DNA of 64,000 bases, from NCBI GenBank assembly GCA_040402335.1, contig JBBAMX010000008.1, forward strand, positions 4,925 to 68,924. Reading direction: 5' to 3'. Positions 18,468-26,683 of the stretch are shown here, in pieces. The position numbers were made by a program, and so were the translations under genes. Within the stretch, counting starts at the first letter, position 1. The number at the start of each line of letters is the position of its first letter. The notes beneath the pieces were generated by a model. That model worked only from the letters and a program-made list of their open reading frames with translations. It was not told where the DNA came from and did no database searches. This stretch comes from Candidatus Planktophila sp. GTDB lineage: Bacteria; Actinomycetota; Actinomycetes; Nanopelagicales; Nanopelagicaceae.

Positions 18468-19222
18468 TAGAAGGCCCCAATCGATTTAAGCACTTCGACT
18501 AATGCGGGTACCGCATCCGTGCCTTTTCCTAAAATCTCAGCGCCTTTATCTTTCGAAGGAGCCAGACTCAACTTAACCTTCTCAAGCTTTGGAAGCCGAG
18601 ACTCAGCCTGTTTTACCTCTACGGTTTTTTTGCGTGCCTGCATGCGCCCTGGTACTGAGGGATAGCGTGGAATATTTAAGCCATCGCGAACCGTAATGAT
18701 CGCAGGTAAGGGTGCTTCATAGTGTTCGCGACCATCTGAAACAACTCGTTCACAGTTCACGACACCATTTTCTACTCTCATCGACTTTACATTAGTAATA
18801 ATCGGGCGATTAAGTGCGTGAGCGATGCGGATATGAATCTGGTACCCAGCGCTATCGGCCGATTCTGCACCGAAAATAATCAAATCAAATTTAGTCGCAT
18901 CGGCATTTATCGCTTCAACTAAGGCGCTAGCGGTTCCTTGGGGGTCCCACTCCTGGCCATCGGTCTCAATCAAAACCGCCCTCGTTGCACCGATTGCCAA
19001 CTGCGAACGAAGCTGCTCCTCTGCATCACTTGGCCCAAGTGTCAGTAGCGTCAGAGTGCCGCCCATCTGTTCGACTAGTTGAACCCCGGCTTCAACGGCA
19101 TTTTCCTCATGGGGACTGATTCCAAAACCTAGATGTTTCGTTTCAATATCGCGAGAATCGGGCGTTAAAATCAGCGCTCCACCAGCTAATGGAACGCGCT
19201 TGAGGCAGACAAGTACATCCAT
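18467..19222 (-). CDS. etfB: Electron transfer flavoprotein beta subunit
   Basis: VLVCLKRVP, NAVEAG, LAIGATRA, PRYPSV. Coupled to etfA. Confidence 0.9.
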   Translation of the reverse strand: MDVLVCLKRVPLAGGALILTPDSRDIETKHLGFGISPHEENAVEAGVQLVEQMGGTLTLLTLGPSDAEEQLRSQLAIGATRAVLIETDGQEWDPQGTASALVEAINADATKFDLIIFGAESADSAGYQIHIRIAHALNRPIITNVKSMRVENGVVNCERVVSDGREHYEAPLPAIITVRDGLNIPRYPSVPGRMQARKKTVEVKQAESRLPKLEKVKLSLAPSKDKGAEILGKGTDAVPALVEVLKSIGAF

Positions 19223-21741
19223 TAGGCCATAATCCGTTCATTGGATGAGTCAAATACCGATGTGGCACCGACTTCGGCGATAGAGCATGGGTAGTGCTCA
19301 CCGAGATATTCAACTAAGAATTTGTTACCAGCAACAGCCAACTCGGTGGGTAGATATGACATCAAGATGTGCTTGCCCAATGATGGTGCAGAGCCCGCAC
19401 TTGTGACATATGAGCGACGCCCATGTGAATCGATGATAGGTGCTTTCTCTAAGCTCAAGATAGGTTCATTGCCCATCATGTAACGCTTTTCACCCGTTGA
19501 CGAAGTGTGGTCATCTACGAATAGTGTGCACAGCATCGTGACCGGTTTTTCACTTCGATGCTTAACATGGGCGGCTTTCCCGATAAAATCCGCATCTTTT
19601 AACTTAGGCGACTGCATGCCAGCTTCAACAACGGTGTATTCACTCTCTAGCTCTGGCCCATAAGCGCGATATGACTTTTCAAGTCGACCCGTAGTGCCAT
19701 AAACACCGATTCCAACGGGGATCATTGAATGCTTTTTACCCGATGCCCAAAGCATCTCCCACAGCTTGGCACCTTGTTCGATTGGAATATAAAACTCCCA
19801 GCCAAGATCGCCCACGTATGAGATTCGAGAGGCCAGTACACGCAATGGTCCTATCTCAATAACTTTACATGTACTGAATTTAAATGCATCTTTACTCATA
19901 TCGGCCGAAGTAATCTCTTGAATAATCTCACGTGCCTTAGGTCCCCATAGCCCCAGTGTTGTGTAGTTCGAGGTTAAGTCAGATATCTGTGCAGAGCCAT
20001 CGCCCGGCAATAGATCACTGAACCACTTTTTATCGGCCATTCCATGTGCCCCACCCGTTACCACGCGAAAATGATCGATATCTAAACGCATGATTGTCAG
20101 ATCTGATTTGAAGCCACCATTAGGACCAAGCACGGGTGTATAAACCACACGGCCAAGGGCAACATCCATCTGTCGCAACGCCGCTTTCTGGACAACCGAA
20201 AGCGCAGCTGGCCCAGTTATATCAAAGATGAAAAAAGCTGAAAGATCTACTAGGCCAGCGCTCTCGCGCATCTGCAAGTGCTCGGCATTGATAATAGGTG
20301 ACCACCAGCGCGACTCCCACTCGCTACTACGTGGCATTACCCTGTCACCAAATTTTGCGAGCAGCTCTTTGTTTGACTCATACCAAAATGGTCGCTCCCA
20401 GCCAGCGGTCTCATAAAAGACGGCACCCAACTCTTTTTCGGCAGCGTAAAAAGGTGATAGCCGAACATTTCGATTTGACGCATACTGTTCAAGTGGATGG
20501 ACTATTCCATAGGTCTTATTAAAACTCTCATCGACTCGGGCTTTAATATGAAACTCCGACTTCTGATGCTCATGAAAGCGCGCGATATTTGATGCATGCA
20601 AATCAATCTGAGAATCTCCAAGAACCATCCATTCGGCAACTGACTTCGATGTTCCTGGACCCTCTTTAATCCAGACCGCAGCCACCGACCACAATCCCTT
20701 TACCTCAGGAGTTTCACCGAGAATCGGCATTCCATCGGGAGTATAAGAGAGGATTCCATTACAAGCATATTTCTCCCGAACATTTTCATCCCCAACAATT
20801 GAAGGCATGAGCTCATAGGCATGCTCATCTTGGATATCAAAATCTGATTGAGTGAAAGCGAACTCGGTCGGGGATAACGTGGCCGTTGCATTTGATGGAA
20901 TGTCATCTGGAGTGTAAAGAATCGGACGGTGCGCATAGGATCCAATCTCTAACCCAGTACCGTGCTGACGCTCGTACATAAATACATCCATGTCGCGCAC
21001 AATTGGCCACTCAATATCACCCTTTGTATCCTTGAAAAATGGAACCGGTCCGATGTCCTTCATCTGATGGACTGCAGGTGTTAAGGGAATATTGGCTCCA
21101 GCCATTGCCGCCAATTTCGGAGACCAACAGCCCGTTGCGATAACAACATAATCGGCGGCGATCGTGCCGTGATCGGTAACCACACCAGTTACGCGCCCAT
21201 TTTCAACGGTGATATCTAATACTTCAATATTTGCAAAGGACTGTGCCGCACCCATCTCAGCCGCACTTTCGCGCATTAAAGTGCCGGTACGCAGTGAGTC
21301 AACGACACCCACGCTTGGCTGGTAATAACCTCCGAGAATGATGCTCTCGTCAATATAAGGAACTAGCTCTTTCACCTGCGCCGGAGTCAGGATCTGCCCG
21401 CCCTCGATGCCCCATGATTTAGCCGATGTAATTCGGCGGGCAAGCTCTTGCATACGCTCAGGTGTGCGGGCAACTTCAACTCCGCCGGTCTGCGTAAACG
21501 TACCCCACTCCTTATATTGGCGCATACTCTCGGCGGTAATCGCTGTCATCTCTTTTGAATGATCTACTGGAAATATAAAGTTGGATGCATGTCCGGTTGA
21601 ACCACCAGGATTCGGTAATGGCCCTTTATCAATCTGGACAAGATCACTCCAGCCTAGCTTTGCAAGATGGTAAATCATGCCGTTGCCAACTATTCCAGCG
21701 CCGATAACAACGCACTTCGCCTTGGCAGGTAACTTACTCAT
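19222..21741 (-). CDS. FAD/THF-dependent N-methylamino-acid dehydrogenase (dimethylglycine oxidase/dehydrogenase-like, DAO plus GcvT domains)
   Basis: VVIGAGIVG, GGSTGHA, YTPDGMPILG, RERPFWY-like GWERPFWY, SRISYVGDLGWE, RLEKSYR. 839 aa. Confidence 0.88.
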   Translation of the reverse strand: MSKLPAKAKCVVIGAGIVGNGMIYHLAKLGWSDLVQIDKGPLPNPGGSTGHASNFIFPVDHSKEMTAITAESMRQYKEWGTFTQTGGVEVARTPERMQELARRITSAKSWGIEGGQILTPAQVKELVPYIDESIILGGYYQPSVGVVDSLRTGTLMRESAAEMGAAQSFANIEVLDITVENGRVTGVVTDHGTIAADYVVIATGCWSPKLAAMAGANIPLTPAVHQMKDIGPVPFFKDTKGDIEWPIVRDMDVFMYERQHGTGLEIGSYAHRPILYTPDDIPSNATATLSPTEFAFTQSDFDIQDEHAYELMPSIVGDENVREKYACNGILSYTPDGMPILGETPEVKGLWSVAAVWIKEGPGTSKSVAEWMVLGDSQIDLHASNIARFHEHQKSEFHIKARVDESFNKTYGIVHPLEQYASNRNVRLSPFYAAEKELGAVFYETAGWERPFWYESNKELLAKFGDRVMPRSSEWESRWWSPIINAEHLQMRESAGLVDLSAFFIFDITGPAALSVVQKAALRQMDVALGRVVYTPVLGPNGGFKSDLTIMRLDIDHFRVVTGGAHGMADKKWFSDLLPGDGSAQISDLTSNYTTLGLWGPKAREIIQEITSADMSKDAFKFSTCKVIEIGPLRVLASRISYVGDLGWEFYIPIEQGAKLWEMLWASGKKHSMIPVGIGVYGTTGRLEKSYRAYGPELESEYTVVEAGMQSPKLKDADFIGKAAHVKHRSEKPVTMLCTLFVDDHTSSTGEKRYMMGNEPILSLEKAPIIDSHGRRSYVTSAGSAPSLGKHILMSYLPTELAVAGNKFLVEYLGEHYPCSIAEVGATSVFDSSNERIMA

Positions 21742-21774
21742 ACTTATTTATCCCCGTTTTCGTGTGATTGTGGT

Positions 21775-22437
21775 TTATAAAGATTTACGTATCGATGTTT
21801 CAAAACCCTCTACATGATTGCGCATTGCATTGCCAGCGGCATTGGCGTCACTGCTTGCAATAGCCTCCAGTAAGACGAGATGCTCAATAATCGCTTCAGC
21901 CAAACCTTTCACGCGATCCAAAGCTAAGAACCAGATGCGCAGTGCGTGAGCATAATAATTATCGAGGGCCGCTTCTAAAAACTCATTGTGCGTGCATTGA
22001 TAGATGTGGTGATGAATCCTTTGATCTAATCCAATCAAGGTGGCCATATCTACATCGCCTTTAATCGCTTTAATTTCGGTGATGAGGGCTTTAGTAATGA
22101 TGTGATCTGCATTCGTTGAACGTTCGGCGGCAAGCTGTGCCGCTTTTATCTCAAGCACAGCTCGGATCTCAGATAACGCGGAGAGGTTTTGAACATCTAC
22201 CGTGGAGACAAACATGCCGCGCCGAGGGTAGACCTCAACTAGCTTCTCGTTAGCCAGTGAGCGCAGAGCTTCGCGGATCGGCGTTCGGCCAAAGCCAAGC
22301 TTCACCATGAGATCGCTCTCACTGATCAGTGATCCCGGAATCAACTCCAGGGTGATGATCATCGAGCGAATGCGGCTATACGCCTCCTCCGATAGCGAGC
22401 TGCTCTCTCTGGAGAGAATGTGGATAACCTGGCTCAT
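21775..22437 (-). CDS. GntR-family (FCD) transcriptional regulator
   Basis: wHTH SESDL..LGFGRTPIREAL and an FCD domain (DQRIHHHI, EHLVLLEAI). Confidence 0.92.
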   Translation of the reverse strand: MSQVIHILSRESSSLSEEAYSRIRSMIITLELIPGSLISESDLMVKLGFGRTPIREALRSLANEKLVEVYPRRGMFVSTVDVQNLSALSEIRAVLEIKAAQLAAERSTNADHIITKALITEIKAIKGDVDMATLIGLDQRIHHHIYQCTHNEFLEAALDNYYAHALRIWFLALDRVKGLAEAIIEHLVLLEAIASSDANAAGNAMRNHVEGFETSIRKSL

Positions 22438-22445
22438 GAGGGTGA

Positions 22446-22455
22446 TGATATATCA
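22446..22455. promoter_or_regulatory. Palindrome TGATATATCA, putative GntR operator overlapping a -10 element
   Basis: Perfect 10-bp palindrome 9 bp upstream of the gntR ATG. The minus-strand TATCAT (22445-22450) lies 7 nt before the ATG. Confidence 0.6.
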
Positions 22456-22489
22456 GTCTTATCGATATTGATACACAGCGAGGCGGGTT

Positions 22490-23224
22490 TTATCCGAGGT
22501 AGTACTTCTTAAAGAGCCAGAGTGAGGCGCCAAAACCGACGCTCAGGATGAGCGTGCGGTAGAGCGCAGGTGAGAGACGCGATGCCCAGCGCCCACCAAA
22601 TGTCCCCCCAATACTTGCCCCCAATAACAGCACCAAGACGATCGCCCAGTTGGCCCGGCCACTGAAGATATAAATAATATTGGAGATAAGGGATGTCCAT
22701 CCCACGATTAAGTTTTTAGCGATATTGAGCCGCTTGGGATCGCGGCGAATATCTCTTGCCAATACAGCTAGCACCATTACGCCCTGACCTGGCCCAAAAT
22801 ATCCGCAGTACAGACCGCTAGCTAGGATTCCGATGCGCTCGCCCATTTCGGCTCGAGCGCTTCTTATGGGCTTAGCCTTTATTAAGAAGCTCAGGCTTGC
22901 AAAGAGAAGTAAAAAAGGAACCATTTTTTCAAAGATGCCCGGTGGAACCGAGAGCAGTAGCAGTGCACCTGTAGTCGAGCCGATGATTGAGATAAAGATG
23001 AGTTTTTTATACTCCCTGAAATACTCAGGTATCTGACGGCGGACTGCAATGAGCGCAAAAAAATTAGCAGGTGTTATACCGAGTGCGTTAGTTATCGCCG
23101 CACTCACCGGGGACATGCCAGTTGCTAATAAAACGGGGTATGAGATAACCGATGCTCCTCCTGCCATCCCATTGATCGCTCCCACAAGAAGTGCAACTAC
23201 GAAGATGAAGATGTACTCAAGCAT
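22490..23224 (-). CDS. TauE/SafE (sulfite exporter, TSUP) family membrane protein
   Basis: GAINGMAGGAS, YCGYFGPGQG, NIAKNL. Strongly hydrophobic. Confidence 0.88.
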   Translation of the reverse strand: MLEYIFIFVVALLVGAINGMAGGASVISYPVLLATGMSPVSAAITNALGITPANFFALIAVRRQIPEYFREYKKLIFISIIGSTTGALLLLSVPPGIFEKMVPFLLLFASLSFLIKAKPIRSARAEMGERIGILASGLYCGYFGPGQGVMVLAVLARDIRRDPKRLNIAKNLIVGWTSLISNIIYIFSGRANWAIVLVLLLGASIGGTFGGRWASRLSPALYRTLILSVGFGASLWLFKKYYLG

Positions 23225-23246
23225 GCCCTAACCATACAATGCCATT

Positions 23247-23492
23247 GTGGAGAACAGTGTGGAACTACGATTCTTTGCATCGGCACGGGCCGCAGCAGGA
23301 GTGGATCAAGCCTATTTCGCCAGTGCAACCCTAACTTCAATCTTGGCGCTGGCCTGCATTGATAAGCCGTTACTTAACCAGGTCGTTGTGCAGTGCAGTT
23401 TCCTACTTGATGGCGTGGTGGTACATGATCAGAGTATTTTAGTAAATAATGGAAGCGTGGTCGATGTTCTCCCACGCTTTGCTGGCGGCTAG
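23247..23492 (+). CDS. moaD: Molybdopterin synthase sulfur carrier (MoaD/ThiS)
   Basis: LRFFASARAAAG and C-terminal VDVLPRFAGG. Confidence 0.9.
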   Translation: MENSVELRFFASARAAAGVDQAYFASATLTSILALACIDKPLLNQVVVQCSFLLDGVVVHDQSILVNNGSVVDVLPRFAGG

Positions 23493-23515
23493 TATTTATC
23501 GACAAGAGGAGAGAA

Positions 23516-23938
23516 TCAGGCAGTATTGACCCACTCATCACTACCATCTTTAAAAATCTGGTGCTTCCAAATTGGTAACTTTTCTTTAATCTCATTGACT
23601 AACAGTGAGCAGATTTCAAAGGCGGCATCTCGATGCGTTGAGGACACGGCCACTGCAAAGGCCGTTTCACCGATAGCAATCTCACCAAAACGATGAGATA
23701 CGGCGACTTTTAACGCGCCAGAGCCTGCAATAACCCTTTGGCTAATCTTTACTATTTCATCAGCGGCCATTGGATGAATCTCATATCGAAGCGATGAGAC
23801 GTCTCTGCCCTTATCAATATTGCGCACATCCCCAGTAAAACTCACAACCGCACCGCAACTTTGATCACTAACAAGTGCGATTAAATCGGCTATTGAGATC
23901 ACATCACTGGTGACGTCGGCGCGCATAATCTCTGGCAT
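23516..23938 (-). CDS. moaE: Molybdopterin synthase catalytic subunit
   Basis: CGAVVSFTGDVRN, LRYE, SHRFG, HRDAAF, PIWKHQ. Confidence 0.93.
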   Translation of the reverse strand: MPEIMRADVTSDVISIADLIALVSDQSCGAVVSFTGDVRNIDKGRDVSSLRYEIHPMAADEIVKISQRVIAGSGALKVAVSHRFGEIAIGETAFAVAVSSTHRDAAFEICSLLVNEIKEKLPIWKHQIFKDGSDEWVNTA

Positions 23939-24417
23939 TAGTGATCGAGCCCATCTAGCTGGTCCAAAATATGTCCAGCTAACCTATCGATAATAACTAA
24001 GCCATCCCTGACCGCACCCGGTGATCCAGGGAGATTAATAATCAATGACTTGGCGGTGATGCCGGCGATACCGCGAGTTAAATCAGAGGTTGGAACCTTA
24101 TCCCGCGAGTAAGCGCGAAGTGCTTCGGGGATCCCTGGAAGTAGTTTTTCAATGAGCGCAGCAGTTGCCTCAGGTGTTACATCCATCGGTGAGATACCCG
24201 TTCCCCCAGTTGTCACAATCAAGCGACAACCTTGTCTTAACGCCTTACTGATTTCACTTCTAATGGCTTCGATATCATCGCCAACAATTATCGTAGATTC
24301 AATACTAAAGCCAAGTGCAGTTAATCCATCTCTTAAAATCGCACCACTTGAATCGGGGTAGATTCCTTGTGAGGCTCGATTGCTTGCAGTAATAATCGCG
24401 GCACTACGTACGATCAC
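23938..24417 (-). CDS. moaB: MogA/MoaB molybdopterin adenylyltransferase
   Basis: DSSG, TTGGTGISPMDVTPEA, NLPGSPGAVRDG. Start reassigned to GTG 24417 (GTGA overlap with the moaC stop). Confidence 0.85.
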   Translation of the reverse strand: MIVRSAAIITASNRASQGIYPDSSGAILRDGLTALGFSIESTIIVGDDIEAIRSEISKALRQGCRLIVTTGGTGISPMDVTPEATAALIEKLLPGIPEALRAYSRDKVPTSDLTRGIAGITAKSLIINLPGSPGAVRDGLVIIDRLAGHILDQLDGLDH

Positions 24418-24887
24418 CTGCGTTTCCAATCACCGTTCTTACCACCCGACTTTGCGTCAAGTTGTACATCGCTTATTGAGGCAAAAGGATCCAGCGCCTT
24501 CACCATATCTATAATAGTTAGAGCCGCCAAAGTAACCGCGGTTAAAGCCTCCATTTCAACTCCGGTTCGATCAGATGTTGAGATTTGAGCAGAAATGGAG
24601 ACACCCGAATCGGTAATTACTAAATCGATATTTATTTTATTTATGGCTATCGGATGACATAGCGGAATTAACTCACTTGTCTTCTTTGCTCCCATAATTC
24701 CAGCGATCCGAGCCGTCGCTAGTACATCGCCCTTGGGTACATCTCCATCACGCAATAACGCGACGACGTGGCTAGACAAGTTCACTCGCGCAGATGTATC
24801 GGCCGTTCTGTGGGTAGTTTCTCGTCCACTTACATCGACCATATGGGCCGCTCCGGCCTCATTTAAATGTGTAAATCCATCGTTCAT
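24414..24887 (-). CDS. moaC: Cyclic pyranopterin monophosphate synthase
   Basis: AHMVDVS, KGDVLATARIAGI, LIPLCHP, TGVEMEAL, KSGGKNG. Confidence 0.96.
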   Translation of the reverse strand: MNDGFTHLNEAGAAHMVDVSGRETTHRTADTSARVNLSSHVVALLRDGDVPKGDVLATARIAGIMGAKKTSELIPLCHPIAINKINIDLVITDSGVSISAQISTSDRTGVEMEALTAVTLAALTIIDMVKALDPFASISDVQLDAKSGGKNGDWKRR

Positions 24888-24905
24888 GCCGATTACTCTA
24901 ATTCT

Positions 24906-26075
24906 TTACGGTAGCGATAGCCAACGCACTTTTTCACCAGCGGGCGTTCGCTCCTGTGTCACAACGGCAAAACCAGTTGAGAATGCCAGTCCACGCAGCA
25001 TGGCAGAGCCCAAATACTCCCCCACTTCAAACTGAGATTTTTCTATTGTGCCGATTATTAATCGAGTAGATCGAGGTGGGGCAGTCAGATCCATACGTGT
25101 GACAACCTCGTCGAGTTCTTGCCGCTCTTGTCCCAACATAGCAGCGATGACTGGCGCGCCTAATGAGAGTAGGGCGACGATCGCCGACTGCGGATTACCA
25201 GGCAGACCAAGAATTGAGCAGTTTGGAAGTTGCGCTAAGAGCATAGGGTGGCCGGGGCGAACGGCGACCGTATCTACAAGTAGTTCGGCATCGATTTGCG
25301 CCAGCGCATCGTGCAGGAAATCTCGAGGACCTTGAGCAGTTCCACCTGTAGTGATCACAAGATCGGCATGTGCGCAGGCGTCCTTGAGCCCCTGAACGAC
25401 AAGGGCGATCTCATCGCCAACATAGCGCGTACTCACTACCTCACCGCCCAACTTGGCGATCCATCCAGGTAGCTGTGGTCCTAATGAGTCACGGACAAGA
25501 CCTGAATCAGGAATCCCGTTTAATTGAATCTCATCACCAAATAAAATAATAGCGATTCGAGGTTTTCTGACAACACTTATCTCATCTAAGCCAGCCGCAG
25601 ATAATAAGCCAAGAGTACCGGGGTTAAGTTTAGTTCCACCTTTAACTAGGAGTTCGTTAACTTTGCACTCATAGGCCGCCGGACGAATCTCTTGATTCTC
25701 AACTACTTCTCCTTCAAGAGTATCTCCGATGAGCTTGGCCAACTCCCAACGAATCACACCGAAAACACCCGAAGGAATTACCGCACCGGTTGCGATTCCA
25801 ACGGCGCAGCCTGGCTCTAATTTTTCCTTCATAGGTGAGCCCGCTTTTACTTCGCCAACAATCCTCCAAGGGCCTTTGCCCGATACGGCATACCCATCCA
25901 TGGCAGATGTTGGATATGTTGGTAGATCACACAGCGCGAAGGCATCGGTTGCCAACGTTCGATCGAGCCCCTGAATCAGTGGGATCACCTCATGAGGTAA
26001 AACCTTAGAACTCGCTGCTGCAACTGCCCGGGCAGCATCCCAACTTCCTTCAACTAATGCGCTCATAGTGGTCAA
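24906..26075 (-). CDS. moeA: Molybdopterin molybdenumtransferase
   Basis: SAMDGYAV, IATGAVIP, ITTGG, VRPGHP, GLPGNP. Confidence 0.93.
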   Translation of the reverse strand: MTTMSALVEGSWDAARAVAAASSKVLPHEVIPLIQGLDRTLATDAFALCDLPTYPTSAMDGYAVSGKGPWRIVGEVKAGSPMKEKLEPGCAVGIATGAVIPSGVFGVIRWELAKLIGDTLEGEVVENQEIRPAAYECKVNELLVKGGTKLNPGTLGLLSAAGLDEISVVRKPRIAIILFGDEIQLNGIPDSGLVRDSLGPQLPGWIAKLGGEVVSTRYVGDEIALVVQGLKDACAHADLVITTGGTAQGPRDFLHDALAQIDAELLVDTVAVRPGHPMLLAQLPNCSILGLPGNPQSAIVALLSLGAPVIAAMLGQERQELDEVVTRMDLTAPPRSTRLIIGTIEKSQFEVGEYLGSAMLRGLAFSTGFAVVTQERTPAGEKVRWLSLP

Positions 26076-26665
26076 TTATCCTTCATGGGAATAAGAAAAG
26101 CGATTGCGCGCTCAAGATCTACGGCGGTATCGATATCGATAAGAGATTTTGAACTCTGCGCATCGATTGCTATCTCATGAACTTTCAAATGCGCCAGTAG
26201 CTCTCGCATCGATTTTCCCTGTGGTTCTCCTAAAATCCTAAAAGCTCGTTGTAAAGCACTCATGCGATAAACGGCTGCGAATGGTTGCGCAAACTCTTGC
26301 GCATCTACATACATCACTGACTCATCATCGGCCTCGAGAGAGTTTAAGAGTAAGGGAGTTACTGCCATCACAAATGGCATATCGGTGGCTATCAAAATAA
26401 CTAAATTGCTAGTGCAAAGTTCAAGCCCCGCCTTAAATCCGGCGACCGGCCCCCCACCCGGTGGGGCCTCTTGGGTGCAGATGTAATGTGTAGTTTTAAT
26501 CATTGGATCGGCTCCAACTATTACTATCTCAAAATCTGGTGGAATTGAGGCGAGGATCCAACTGATCAAAGATTGACCAGCTAGCAATGCGCGTGATTTA
26601 TCGCTGCCAAAACGCTTGCTCGTACCACCGCTTAAGATGATGACGCTCGCGCTTTTACTTTGCAC
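26072..26665 (-). CDS. mobA: Molybdenum cofactor guanylyltransferase (NTP-transferase)
   Basis: ILSGGTSKRFGSDKS, GGPVAG, ATDMPF, DIDT. Start reassigned to GTG 26665, where the domain begins. Confidence 0.85.
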   Translation of the reverse strand: MQSKSASVIILSGGTSKRFGSDKSRALLAGQSLISWILASIPPDFEIVIVGADPMIKTTHYICTQEAPPGGGPVAGFKAGLELCTSNLVILIATDMPFVMAVTPLLLNSLEADDESVMYVDAQEFAQPFAAVYRMSALQRAFRILGEPQGKSMRELLAHLKVHEIAIDAQSSKSLIDIDTAVDLERAIAFLIPMKDN

Positions 26666-26683
26666 GTCACTAGGATACTGACT

